A stretch of 64,000 nt of DNA from a virus (taxonomy: Duplodnaviria; Caudoviricetes). A model generated the notes under the pieces. It was not told the origin of the DNA. It saw nothing but the letters and a program-made list of their open reading frames with translations, and made no database searches. Positions 26,062-35,099 of this stretch are shown here, piece by piece. The DNA lies in the IMG/VR virus record IMGVR_UViG_3300027708_000072, positions 628 through 64,627 of that record. One strand, given 5' to 3'. Positions within the stretch are counted from its first letter, which is position 1. Each line of letters opens with the position of its first letter. A program made the translations under genes and the position numbers.

Positions 26062-26277
26062 ATGACAACGGCTAAAGACTTGACGGATCATTTGATCCAT
26101 CGTGCTAAAAATTTAAAAGAATTTGTAGTTGAACGCGAATGGGAAGAAATTCCCGTTGGTGTTGTTCGATTTAACATACAGCACACGCAAGGACATCTTG
26201 CTAGAATTTTTGTTCCTGCTCTTACACAAACAGAAGCAGAACATATGGTAGACGAATGGTTTGAAGGAGAATATTAA
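26062..26277 (+). CDS. Small hypothetical protein
   Basis: AAGGA RBS; 71 aa. Confidence 0.65.
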   Translation: MTTAKDLTDHLIHRAKNLKEFVVEREWEEIPVGVVRFNIQHTQGHLARIFVPALTQTEAEHMVDEWFEGEY

Positions 26278-26450
26278 TGGAACCCCGACACTTATACACA
26301 TTCAAATGGACACAACCGTATTCAACATACCAGCAACGTCCATACCTGCGTAGCCAGCATGAAGCATATGAACAACTAGTTGAACGCATGTTAGAAGATG
26401 GTGATTTTAAAGAAGCACAATTAGCAATAGAAAAGGTTATGAAGTTATGA
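26277..26450 (+). CDS. Small hypothetical protein (57 aa; absent from the ORF track)
   Basis: AAGGAG RBS, TAATG overlap upstream and ATGA overlap downstream; MEPRHLYTFKW...IEKVMKL. Confidence 0.65.
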   Translation: MEPRHLYTFKWTQPYSTYQQRPYLRSQHEAYEQLVERMLEDGDFKEAQLAIEKVMKL

Positions 26451-26764
26451 ACTGGTTTAAACAAATGGTAGTTAAGTGGGTGCGGGAAGATTGGGATAAT
26501 GCCAGGAATCAGCAAGAAGATTGTTATCCAAGTACCAAAATGAGCCGAGCCAATGCTATCAGCACTATCAGTGGTCGTGCTAGTATTGACAGCGAGCCCA
26601 CACTTCAATTCAAAGTATATAATGCAGTTGGTGGTAAGATTGTAGAATTCCATCGTTACGATCCAAAGTCTGACAGAACTGATCGTCAAATTTATATCAT
26701 CGGAAGAGATGAAGACTTTGGCGAAAAGATTGCTAAAATTTCAACACTAGAGGTGTTACGATGA
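26447..26764 (+). CDS. Hypothetical protein
   Basis: 105 aa, translationally coupled. Confidence 0.65.
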   Translation: MNWFKQMVVKWVREDWDNARNQQEDCYPSTKMSRANAISTISGRASIDSEPTLQFKVYNAVGGKIVEFHRYDPKSDRTDRQIYIIGRDEDFGEKIAKISTLEVLR

Positions 26765-27150
26765 ACGTACAAGTACCAGCAGAAGGCATAATGAAAACAA
26801 ACGATTGGGGAGACAGTAGAGTCTATCGAATTACTTGTAATTGTGGAGATGAAAATCACAATCATAACATGTGGGTTGAAGCAGACGATCACGATATTAC
26901 TGTAACCATTTATACCACAGGCAAAACAAACTATTGGTCAAAAACACGGTGGTACCATATTTGGACATTGTTGACCAAAGGTTATATTGATACTGAATCA
27001 ACAGTATGTTTAACCAAGCAACAAGCACTCAATTATGCAGAGACTTTGAAAAGTGCTATTGATGATCTCGAAACTTTTCGTAATACTAGACAAAACAAAG
27101 AAGAACGTGCTACAATAAAGAAAATGGCAAATGAACAGGATTGTGTATGA
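26761..27150 (+). CDS. Hypothetical protein (CxC...H possible metal site)
   Basis: GAGG RBS; ITCNCGDENH. Confidence 0.65.
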   Translation: MNVQVPAEGIMKTNDWGDSRVYRITCNCGDENHNHNMWVEADDHDITVTIYTTGKTNYWSKTRWYHIWTLLTKGYIDTESTVCLTKQQALNYAETLKSAIDDLETFRNTRQNKEERATIKKMANEQDCV

Positions 27151-28007
27151 GTAAGATCAAAATAGCGGAACTGTTTTACAGTATCCAAGGTGAAGGACGT
27201 TACATGGGCGTCCCGTCTGTGTTTCTGCGCACATTTGGTTGTAATTTTAAATGTGCTGGCTTTGGTATGCCACGTGGTGAAATGAGTCACGAGGCTACTG
27301 ACATTGCGGCTACACATACTATGATTGAGTCTTTTCAAAAGTATGAAGACTTGCCGTTAGTCAGCACAGGCTGTGACAGCTATGCCAGTTGGCATCCTGA
27401 CTTTAAAGACTTGTCGCCTATGCTTACTAGCGAAGCAATCGCAGATCGTATTATGGAAATTCTTCCGCAGGATCATTGGAAAGATGAACACTTGGTCATT
27501 ACAGGCGGTGAGCCATTGTTAGGTTGGCAACGTGCTTATCCAGACCTGTTGAGTCATCCTAAAATGGCAGGTCTTAAAGAAATTACATTTGAAACAAACG
27601 GTACTCAAAAGCTAACAGAAGAGTTTAAAGAATATCTAGCACAATGGCAGATGTATACTGATTTTTCTAAAGAAGTCACATTTAGTGTAAGTGCTAAACT
27701 TCCATGTAGCGGAGAGAAATGGGAAGAAGCAATACTCCCAGAAGTAGTTTGTGAATACGAAGACTTTGGTACGGCATACCTAAAATTTGTTATTGCTACA
27801 GAACAAGATTTTGCCGATGCTGAACGTGCTATTGGGGTCTATCGCAAAGCAGGATTTAAAGGACACGTTTACTTAATGCCAGTGGGCGGTGTAGAAAGCG
27901 TGTACACAATGAATAATAAGAACGTAGCAATACTGGCTATGAAAAACGGACTACGTTATAGTGACCGTTTACAAGTGCCATTATTTAAAAATGAGTGGGG
28001 AACTTAA
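27147..28007 (+). CDS. queE: 7-carboxy-7-deazaguanine synthase (radical SAM)
   Basis: ELFYSIQGEG, VFLRTFGCNFKC...CDS, ITGGEPL, FETNGT, SVSAK, LMP, RLQ. Confidence 0.88.
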   Translation: MSKIKIAELFYSIQGEGRYMGVPSVFLRTFGCNFKCAGFGMPRGEMSHEATDIAATHTMIESFQKYEDLPLVSTGCDSYASWHPDFKDLSPMLTSEAIADRIMEILPQDHWKDEHLVITGGEPLLGWQRAYPDLLSHPKMAGLKEITFETNGTQKLTEEFKEYLAQWQMYTDFSKEVTFSVSAKLPCSGEKWEEAILPEVVCEYEDFGTAYLKFVIATEQDFADAERAIGVYRKAGFKGHVYLMPVGGVESVYTMNNKNVAILAMKNGLRYSDRLQVPLFKNEWGT

Positions 28008-28414
28008 TGAAAAAGTTTATTAGAAAAATGTTTGGTATTGATAAAATACTAGAAGAAAAAGATTTGGCATTGGCTGGTGCTATCAAAGCCAAGGAAGACG
28101 AAGCAGTTGCTAAGATGTCACCAAAAGAACGTGCTACCAAACGTAAAGAACCGTGGGTGAGTGTTTTGGAAACACACGTGAATAAAGACAATCCAGCAAA
28201 TGGCTTTTTTGAGCTTGACTGGAACGAGTATTTTGTAGTACAATTAAGACAAGCCGGATACGGCCTTGAAGGTGATACAGACGAGTTGGTCGTTGATCTT
28301 TGGTTTAAGACACTAGCACGTAATATGCTCAGTGACGAAGGACTGGATATGAATCGCAGTCAAGGTTTTATCAATGTTCAGAAACTAGACGCAAACAGAT
28401 CGGAAATTGGATGA
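28007..28414 (+). CDS. Conserved-looking hypothetical phage protein
   Basis: TAATG coupling to queE; EPWV and GFFELDWN motifs. Confidence 0.7.
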   Translation: MKKFIRKMFGIDKILEEKDLALAGAIKAKEDEAVAKMSPKERATKRKEPWVSVLETHVNKDNPANGFFELDWNEYFVVQLRQAGYGLEGDTDELVVDLWFKTLARNMLSDEGLDMNRSQGFINVQKLDANRSEIG

Positions 28415-29430
28415 CATATATTATAGTTGATACTGCTAACACGTTCTTTCGTGCTAGGCATGTGGTACAAGGCAGTGCTGATATCAAACTTGGCATGGCG
28501 TTTCATATTACCCTAAACAGTATCAAGAAAGCATGGAACGACTTTGGTGGTAGCCATGTGGTGTTCTGCCTCGAGGGGCGAAGCTGGCGCAAAGACTTTT
28601 ACAAGCCTTACAAAGCCAATCGTAAAGAAGCTAGAGATGCATTGACTGAACGAGAACAAGAAGAAGACAAGTTGTTCTGGGAAGCATTTGACGAATTTAA
28701 AAAGTTTGTAACTGAAAAAACCAATGCTACTATCCTACAGCATCCACGCTTAGAAGCAGATGATTTGATTGCTGGCTGGTGTCAAGCACATCCAGATGCT
28801 AAACATGTCATCATTTCAACAGATGGCGACTTTGCACAATTGATTAGTGGCAACGTTAGTCAGTATAACGGTGTAGGCGATTTACATATCACACACGAAG
28901 GCACGTTTGATGCAAAGGGTAAACCTGTTAAAGACAAAAAGACAGGCGAGCCAAAAGCCGCACAAGACCCAGAATGGATGCTGTTTGAAAAATGTATGCG
29001 TGGCGATACTAGCGATAATGTGTTCTCGGCATATCCAGGTGTACGTACTAAGGGTAGTAAAAACAAAGTCGGTCTTACTGAAGCTTTCGAAGACCGTAAT
29101 GCCAAAGGATATTCTTGGAACAATCTCATGTTGCAACGTTGGGTTGACCATAATGGCGTCGAACATAGAGTACTAGAAGATTACCTACGTAATGTACACT
29201 TGTGCGACTTGACTGCACAACCAGAAGATATTAAAAAATGTATTCGAGAAACAATTGAAACAAATGCCGTACCTAAAACTGTAGATCAGGTAGGTATTCG
29301 TATGCTTAAATTCTGCAACGCATGGGACATGAAAAAGATCGCAGACAACATACAGTCGTATGCTGAACCGTTCCAAGCAAAATATCCGGTTACCAAAGCC
29401 GCTCAAAATTTATTCGAGGAACAACTATGA
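28411..29430 (+). CDS. rnh: T4 RNase H-like 5'-3' exonuclease (FEN family)
   Basis: IVDTAN, WRK-x4-YKANR, EADD, STDGDFAQL, GDTSDNV. Confidence 0.9.
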   Translation: MTYIIVDTANTFFRARHVVQGSADIKLGMAFHITLNSIKKAWNDFGGSHVVFCLEGRSWRKDFYKPYKANRKEARDALTEREQEEDKLFWEAFDEFKKFVTEKTNATILQHPRLEADDLIAGWCQAHPDAKHVIISTDGDFAQLISGNVSQYNGVGDLHITHEGTFDAKGKPVKDKKTGEPKAAQDPEWMLFEKCMRGDTSDNVFSAYPGVRTKGSKNKVGLTEAFEDRNAKGYSWNNLMLQRWVDHNGVEHRVLEDYLRNVHLCDLTAQPEDIKKCIRETIETNAVPKTVDQVGIRMLKFCNAWDMKKIADNIQSYAEPFQAKYPVTKAAQNLFEEQL

Positions 29431-29948
29431 GTAAAGTATATCTAATTAAACCTCTTGAAAAGAAAAGTATTTGTTGGCATATAGAACTGTTCCGAGATAA
29501 TGCCGACAACACCACTAGTTGGGTCAATATTGAAGATCACTATCGCTGGGGTCAAGGATTTGTTGAAGCAGACATGGATAGTAATCTTCCATTTGAAGGT
29601 GCAAAACAGGCCTACGCTCGTACAGACTGCGGCTGGGGCTCGGAACTTGAAGATGGCGTTGCCTGCTACTTTACATACAGCGATGACTTTACTGACGAAC
29701 AAAAAGAAGCGTTTGAAACATCTTATCACGAAGGCGGTGCGGCTTGGTTGTTTGACGGTGAGCATGATTGGCAAGTTGAAGATGATTACCTTACCATCGA
29801 TGCTCCGTATCAAGTTAGTCTAGTTGAAGATGACGGCACAGTTATTGAAGAAAATGTCAAACTAAGATCTAGGCCAAAGCCCAGTACAAGTTGGCCTTTT
29901 AGCCCAGAATTTCCCCAGCCTGATAGTGAAGGCGGAGAAGCAGATTAA
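29427..29948 (+). CDS. Acidic hypothetical protein
   Basis: 173 aa, ATGA-coupled, GAGG RBS. Confidence 0.7.
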   Translation: MSKVYLIKPLEKKSICWHIELFRDNADNTTSWVNIEDHYRWGQGFVEADMDSNLPFEGAKQAYARTDCGWGSELEDGVACYFTYSDDFTDEQKEAFETSYHEGGAAWLFDGEHDWQVEDDYLTIDAPYQVSLVEDDGTVIEENVKLRSRPKPSTSWPFSPEFPQPDSEGGEAD

Positions 29949-30016
29949 TGTTAATCGAAGAATGTACATATAAAGAAACATGTCCCAATAGGACAGCAAC
30001 TTGTGAGGTAATAACT

Positions 30017-30502
30017 ATGACAGAGATACACGCCAAGCCCATCGTAGATGGCAAATTTTGGATTGTAGAAAAAGACGGCACTAAAATTGCCACACTACAT
30101 AAAAAAGAAAATAACCGGTTTGTGTTATCCAGCACTAACGGCGAAGTAATGTTTAATAAAAAAGAAGACTTGCAAAAACAATTTGGCAAAGAATTCTTTC
30201 TGAAGAATACCAAAGTCAAAGTAACTTCCGCAGAACCTGAAACACATGAAGTACATGGATTTCCTGCCATGTGCAAACCATACAACAGCATGTACGATGT
30301 CAAACGTAAACTACCTTTGTTTACCAAATCAAATGCCAGTAAGAGTTTATATTGTGCTGGATACTATACAATTAAATTTGAAAAGGGATGGGTACGTAGT
30401 TTTTGCCCCAAACTAATTACAATCGAACGCTATCCAAATAAAGGTCCGTTTATGAGTGAGTTTGAAATGAAAGCGGTGTTGGCAAATGCAAAATCCAATT
30501 AA
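30017..30502 (+). CDS. Hypothetical protein
   Basis: GAGGT RBS before ATG 30017 (the ORF is also open from 29948). Confidence 0.7.
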   Translation: MTEIHAKPIVDGKFWIVEKDGTKIATLHKKENNRFVLSSTNGEVMFNKKEDLQKQFGKEFFLKNTKVKVTSAEPETHEVHGFPAMCKPYNSMYDVKRKLPLFTKSNASKSLYCAGYYTIKFEKGWVRSFCPKLITIERYPNKGPFMSEFEMKAVLANAKSN

Positions 30503-30734
30503 CACTGCCGCACTGTTACAATTTACTCAACTATTGAAGTCAGCTGAATTGACGCAACAAAAAGAACTAAAGATGACAATTCAGCAGGCTAGATTACTTA
30601 ATATAGCCCTTACTGAGGTGTTAGCCAAGCTGTCGCAAGATTATGAAAGTCTATTCCACGCATTAAAAAATGCATCTGCTACAGAAGTAGTTAACATACA
30701 ACTAGATGGCGGAGTGTTTGGCGAGGAAAAATAG
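30486..30734 (+). CDS. Small hypothetical protein
   Basis: 82 aa, overlaps the upstream gene. Confidence 0.65.
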   Translation: MQNPINTAALLQFTQLLKSAELTQQKELKMTIQQARLLNIALTEVLAKLSQDYESLFHALKNASATEVVNIQLDGGVFGEEK

Positions 30735-30741
30735 ATAAATA
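30734..30741 (+). promoter_or_regulatory. Putative late promoter box GATAAATA
   Basis: Exact octamer upstream of ATG 30768. Confidence 0.5.
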
Positions 30742-30767
30742 TATGCGTACATATCGAGACGTATATT

Positions 30768-31052
30768 ATGAGTCGACCAAAGCCAAAAGTATTATTAGAA
30801 TACATAAACAAAAAGACTTACAAAGCTGAACAAGTTTTGGAGTCTGAAGCCATCTGGGCTGTTTTCTATAAAGCCGAGCCTTTCAATCTAAAAAGTTTTA
30901 GTAGTGTAACCAGTTATCCCGGACCCAAATACAAAAAGACCAGTTTTAGTAATCCCGGCCATGCACACAATCTAGCAAAAAAATTAAATTTAACTTTTGG
31001 CACCACGGAGTTTGAAGTATATAAACTTACCACCGGTACCCCAGTTAAATGA
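30768..31052 (+). CDS. Conserved-looking small basic protein (MSRPKPKVLLE)
   Basis: 94 aa; GPKYKKTSFSNPGHA motif. Confidence 0.7.
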   Translation: MSRPKPKVLLEYINKKTYKAEQVLESEAIWAVFYKAEPFNLKSFSSVTSYPGPKYKKTSFSNPGHAHNLAKKLNLTFGTTEFEVYKLTTGTPVK

Positions 31053-31447
31053 TCTCAAAAGAAACATACACCAAAATCTTTTTAAAATCTTGGGATAAAA
31101 GTAGTGACGATACCAATGTCAAGATATTTCAAAGAAAGTGGTTTATAAACAACAGAACTAAAATTGGCGGTGGGCTTAGGCTTACTGAAGATGGGTATGA
31201 ATTTTTGACTACTGAATTGGATTTGGCAAGTTATGAAATTCCGTTTACCGAATCAATCGACCTAAGTCCTCAAACAATTATTTTTATGGATAGGTATATC
31301 GATTGTCCGTATTTCCTAACAAACCAAAGTATTACTGTATTTTCCGAACGTAAAAGTTTTGAGCTTTATATGTTTTCGGACGACATACGTAAATTTGGGC
31401 TAATTAAAGCCATGAAAAATAGGCAAAGTACAGAAGATTCTGCTTGA
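31049..31447 (+). CDS. Hypothetical protein
   Basis: 132 aa; GLRLTEDG motif. Confidence 0.7.
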   Translation: MISKETYTKIFLKSWDKSSDDTNVKIFQRKWFINNRTKIGGGLRLTEDGYEFLTTELDLASYEIPFTESIDLSPQTIIFMDRYIDCPYFLTNQSITVFSERKSFELYMFSDDIRKFGLIKAMKNRQSTEDSA

Positions 31448-31472
31448 CGTGACTGTAGAACGGTGCTATAAT
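31444..31472 (+). promoter_or_regulatory. Sigma70-type promoter TTGACG-N17-TATAAT with extended -10 TG
   Basis: Near-consensus; upstream of the AAA gene. Confidence 0.8.
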
Positions 31473-31531
31473 ACTTACATAGCGTAAAAGATTACCTAGC
31501 AATTTAAACCCGTAAACTAAAGGAATGTAAC

Positions 31532-32635
31532 ATGGCAGAAATTAACAGCCGCACAGTTGGACCAAAAGGCGCAAAAAAATCCCTGCGTAAAGCGTTCAAA
31601 AACAAACGTCCAATCTTCCTGTGGGGTCCTCCCGGAATTGGTAAATCCGACATTATTAAACAACTCGGCGATGAGCTCGATGCTCACGTTATCGACGTTC
31701 GTTTGTCGCTTTGGGAACCTACTGACATTAAAGGTATTCCTTACTTTGACTCAAACACTAGCAAAATGGTTTGGGCTCCTCCTAGCGAATTGCCAGATGC
31801 TGAAATGGCAAAACAGCACAAAACTATTATCCTGTTCATGGACGAAATGAATTCTGCGGCACCTAGTGTGCAAGCCGCGGCCTATCAGTTGATTTTGAAT
31901 CGCCGGGTGGGTACTTACACTTTGCCAGACAATGTTGTTATGGTAGCGGCTGGTAATCGTGAAACTGACAAAGGTGTTACATTCCGTATGCCAGCGCCGT
32001 TGGCTAATCGCTTTGTTCACTTGGAAATGACAGTTGATTGGGACGACTACTTTGATTGGGCTGTGGACAATAAGATTCACACTGATGTTGTAGGCTTTTT
32101 GACCTTTAGCAAGAAAGACTTATACGATTTTGATCCTAAGTCTAGCTCACGCTCGTTTGCTACTCCACGTAGCTGGTCTTTTGTTTCTGAATTGTTGCAC
32201 GATGACGACACTGACAATGATACACTGACTGATTTGGTGTCAGGTTCGGTTGGCGAAGGACTTGCTCTTAAGTTTATGGCGCACCGTAAACACTCTAGCA
32301 AAATGCCTAACCCAACAGATATCTTGTCAGGCAAAGTTAAGAAAATGGATAGTAAAGAAATTTCTGCCATGTACTCTTTGACTGTATCCTTGTGCTACGA
32401 GTTGAAAGATGCAAACGAAAAGAATGCTAAAAACTGGAATGATCAAACTAATAACTTCTTCGAATTTATGATGAATAACTTTGAAACAGAATTGGTTATC
32501 ATGGGTACTAAGATTGCATTGAGCACTTACAAATTGCCATTAGATCCAGACGAAATTAAATGTTTTGATGCTTTCCACGCAAAATACGGCAAGTATATTG
32601 CACAGGCTACTGACAAAGAAGATCGTCGTAAATAA
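31532..32635 (+). CDS. MoxR-like AAA+ ATPase
   Basis: Walker A GPPGIGKS, Walker B ILFMDE, AAGN sensor, PLANRF arginine finger. Confidence 0.9.
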   Translation: MAEINSRTVGPKGAKKSLRKAFKNKRPIFLWGPPGIGKSDIIKQLGDELDAHVIDVRLSLWEPTDIKGIPYFDSNTSKMVWAPPSELPDAEMAKQHKTIILFMDEMNSAAPSVQAAAYQLILNRRVGTYTLPDNVVMVAAGNRETDKGVTFRMPAPLANRFVHLEMTVDWDDYFDWAVDNKIHTDVVGFLTFSKKDLYDFDPKSSSRSFATPRSWSFVSELLHDDDTDNDTLTDLVSGSVGEGLALKFMAHRKHSSKMPNPTDILSGKVKKMDSKEISAMYSLTVSLCYELKDANEKNAKNWNDQTNNFFEFMMNNFETELVIMGTKIALSTYKLPLDPDEIKCFDAFHAKYGKYIAQATDKEDRRK

Positions 32636-32651
32636 TACGGTTTAGTACCAT

Positions 32652-32680
32652 TTGACACCTCCTTTGGGAGGTGTTATAAT
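32652..32680 (+). promoter_or_regulatory. Perfect sigma70 promoter TTGACA-N17-TATAAT with extended -10 and palindromic spacer
   Basis: Exact consensus; ACACCTCC-tttg-GGAGGTGT inverted repeat at 32655-32674. Confidence 0.85.
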
Positions 32681-32705
32681 ATATACATACAGTAAAGGAG
32701 CATTC

Positions 32706-33884
32706 ATGTCACACGTAGATCCAATTATCGACAAAATTATCGTAGCCCGTGTGGGCTTACTACTTCGCCATCCTTTCTTTGGTAATATGGCAACTCGCTT
32801 GCAAATTAAAGAAGCAGAAGAATGGTGTAATACTGCGGCCACTGACGGTCGAGCTATCTATTTTAACCGCAAGTTTTTTGAACCACTTAGCATTAAACAA
32901 ATTGAGTTCGTTATTGCACATGAAATCTTGCATAATGTTTTTGACCATATGGGACGTAACGAAGGTCGTAATCACCGTATTTTTAACATTGCGGCTGACT
33001 ATTGTGTAAACGGACAAATTGTTCGTGACCGAATTGGTGATCACGAAATTGAAGGTATTAAAATCTTCCATGATCAAAAATATTACGGTATGGGTGCAGA
33101 AGAAATCTACGATAAGATTTTTGACGAGATGGACGAAGAAGAATTAAATGCTCTTGGTCAATTGCTAGACGATCACATCGATTGGGGTGAAAAAGATTCA
33201 AACGGAAATCGCCCTAGCTACAGCAAAGACGAATTGAAAAAAATTCGTGACGAGATGCGTGAAGCAACCATGGGGGCCGCGCAAGCCGCGGGTGCGGGCA
33301 ATACACCTGCTAGTGTACAACGTATGATCAAAGAACTTACGGAACCTAAAATGAACTGGCGTGAAATTATCCGTCAGCAAATTCAAAGTGTCATCAAAGA
33401 CGACTTTAGTTTTATGCGTCCTAACCGTAAAGGTTGGCACATGGGTGCTATTCTTCCAGGTACTAACTTTAAAGAAACAATTGATATTTGCGTAGGCATT
33501 GACATGTCTGGTTCAATCGGTGACGAACAAGCCAAAGACTTTTTGACAGAGATCAAAGGTATCATGCAAGAGTATCAAGACTTTACAATCAAAGTTTGGT
33601 GTTTTGATACTCGTGTTTATAACGAAGCAGACTATAATAGTTATAACGTAGATGAGTTCGACGAATATGAACCAATGGGTGGTGGTGGCACTGAGTTTAT
33701 GGCTAATTGGGAATACATGAAAGAAAATGATATTCAGCCTAAGAAGTTTATCATGTTTACAGACGGCTATCCATACGGATCATGGGGTGACGAAAACTAC
33801 TGCGATACAGTATTCATTATTCACGGTAATGACAAAATTGTTCCTCCCTGGGGCGAACATGCCTACTACGAATTTAAAGAATGA
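32706..33884 (+). CDS. DUF2201-type metallopeptidase-like + VWA domain protein (MoxR partner)
   Basis: TAATDG, HEILH (HExxH), MIDAS motif DMSGS, GGGT, FTDG; AAAGGAG RBS before ATG 32706. Confidence 0.88.
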   Translation: MSHVDPIIDKIIVARVGLLLRHPFFGNMATRLQIKEAEEWCNTAATDGRAIYFNRKFFEPLSIKQIEFVIAHEILHNVFDHMGRNEGRNHRIFNIAADYCVNGQIVRDRIGDHEIEGIKIFHDQKYYGMGAEEIYDKIFDEMDEEELNALGQLLDDHIDWGEKDSNGNRPSYSKDELKKIRDEMREATMGAAQAAGAGNTPASVQRMIKELTEPKMNWREIIRQQIQSVIKDDFSFMRPNRKGWHMGAILPGTNFKETIDICVGIDMSGSIGDEQAKDFLTEIKGIMQEYQDFTIKVWCFDTRVYNEADYNSYNVDEFDEYEPMGGGGTEFMANWEYMKENDIQPKKFIMFTDGYPYGSWGDENYCDTVFIIHGNDKIVPPWGEHAYYEFKE

Positions 33885-34153
33885 CGTTAAAAGCTGGTAA
33901 ACCTAACCCGTTAAATTATTTTGGATTACGTAGGGTTGAGTTTGCCTGCCCTCATTTTAACTATACTACATTAGATAAGTTTGCACCCAATCTTACTAAA
34001 GAAGTAGATAGCTGGATACGCCAAAATCTTAACGGGCGATATTACATAGGACAAGATCTAACACTAGATCACACTAACACAATTGTCTATATTACACGTA
34101 TAGGATTTGAAGTCGAGAAGGAACTTAGTTTTTTCAAGATTGCCTATACCTGA
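33881..34153 (+). CDS. Hypothetical protein
   Basis: 90 aa, ATGA-coupled. Confidence 0.65.
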   Translation: MTLKAGKPNPLNYFGLRRVEFACPHFNYTTLDKFAPNLTKEVDSWIRQNLNGRYYIGQDLTLDHTNTIVYITRIGFEVEKELSFFKIAYT

Positions 34154-34200
34154 ATTTTATATAGATAAATTATATTGTGCTTTTTCAATAAGGAGATATT

Positions 34201-34458
34201 ATGACTGATAAAGTAGAACAACCGGTAGTAGAAGAACAACCTCAAACTGAGGGCAAAGATTCAGGTACTGATTTAAACATTCAAGACCTAAGTGCCATGA
34301 AAGCAATTATCGATGTGGCCAGTACCCGCGGTGCTTTTAAACCAGCAGAAATGATGATGGTTGGACAGACTTACAACAAACTAACAGCGTTCCTAGATGC
34401 CGTGGCAAAGCAGGCAGAAGCCGCTAAAGTTGCTGGCGCTGGAACAACACAAGGATAA
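34201..34458 (+). CDS. Small conserved-looking hypothetical protein
   Basis: AAGGAG RBS; IIDVASTRGAFK motif. Confidence 0.7.
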   Translation: MTDKVEQPVVEEQPQTEGKDSGTDLNIQDLSAMKAIIDVASTRGAFKPAEMMMVGQTYNKLTAFLDAVAKQAEAAKVAGAGTTQG

Positions 34459-34463
34459 AAATC

Positions 34464-35099
34464 ATGGAAATGAAACATGTGGGCCGTATCAAAACAAACG
34501 GCAAAAAATGCGTGGTGGTGTTTCGAACATTACCAGGCGATGCATATAATTGTTTAGTAGCACCAACAGAAAATTTACCTGATTCATATCACGATGCATT
34601 GATCAACTTGGTTGAAAGCTCAGGTGGACAAAGTTCAAATGAATTTGGCGAAGTTATGTCTCGTAGCCAATTTCCAGATGGAAGTGTCATGCTGGCCGCT
34701 TTGCATACGCAAGGACGTTTGTTAAAGGTGTCAACTGATAATGTTGAAATGATTCCTAACTCAACAACCAGTATTCAGTTAAGTGAGTTAAATCAAATCA
34801 TCGCTGAACAACAAGGTGTTGCTGTTGATGCACTTGCGCTTAGATCGGGTCTTGCAACTGATCCTAAACCAACGTCAAAAGTTGAGGTACAGGAAGTTGG
34901 ATCAGTTAGTGAAATGGCCAAAGAAACTGCTGATGTTGGTAAAACAACTTCTAGTTCAGCCGCTATGGAAGAACCTGTTGATCAAAGTCCAGAGTCACAA
35001 GCAAAACGTTTTCGTAGTGAAGCAGATCGATTAGCTAAACAAGCCGCTGAGATGCGTCGTAAAGCTGAAGAATTAGCGCCGACTAAGAAAGCAAAGTGA
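34464..35099 (+). CDS. Hypothetical protein with C-terminal coiled coil
   Basis: 211 aa; RBS AAGGA. Confidence 0.7.
   Translation: MEMKHVGRIKTNGKKCVVVFRTLPGDAYNCLVAPTENLPDSYHDALINLVESSGGQSSNEFGEVMSRSQFPDGSVMLAALHTQGRLLKVSTDNVEMIPNSTTSIQLSELNQIIAEQQGVAVDALALRSGLATDPKPTSKVEVQEVGSVSEMAKETADVGKTTSSSAAMEEPVDQSPESQAKRFRSEADRLAKQAAEMRRKAEELAPTKKAK

Noticed and set aside
30739-30767. Weak hairpin ATATGCGT...ACGTATAT before ATG 30768
   Set aside because: AT-rich, low stability and plausible by chance.
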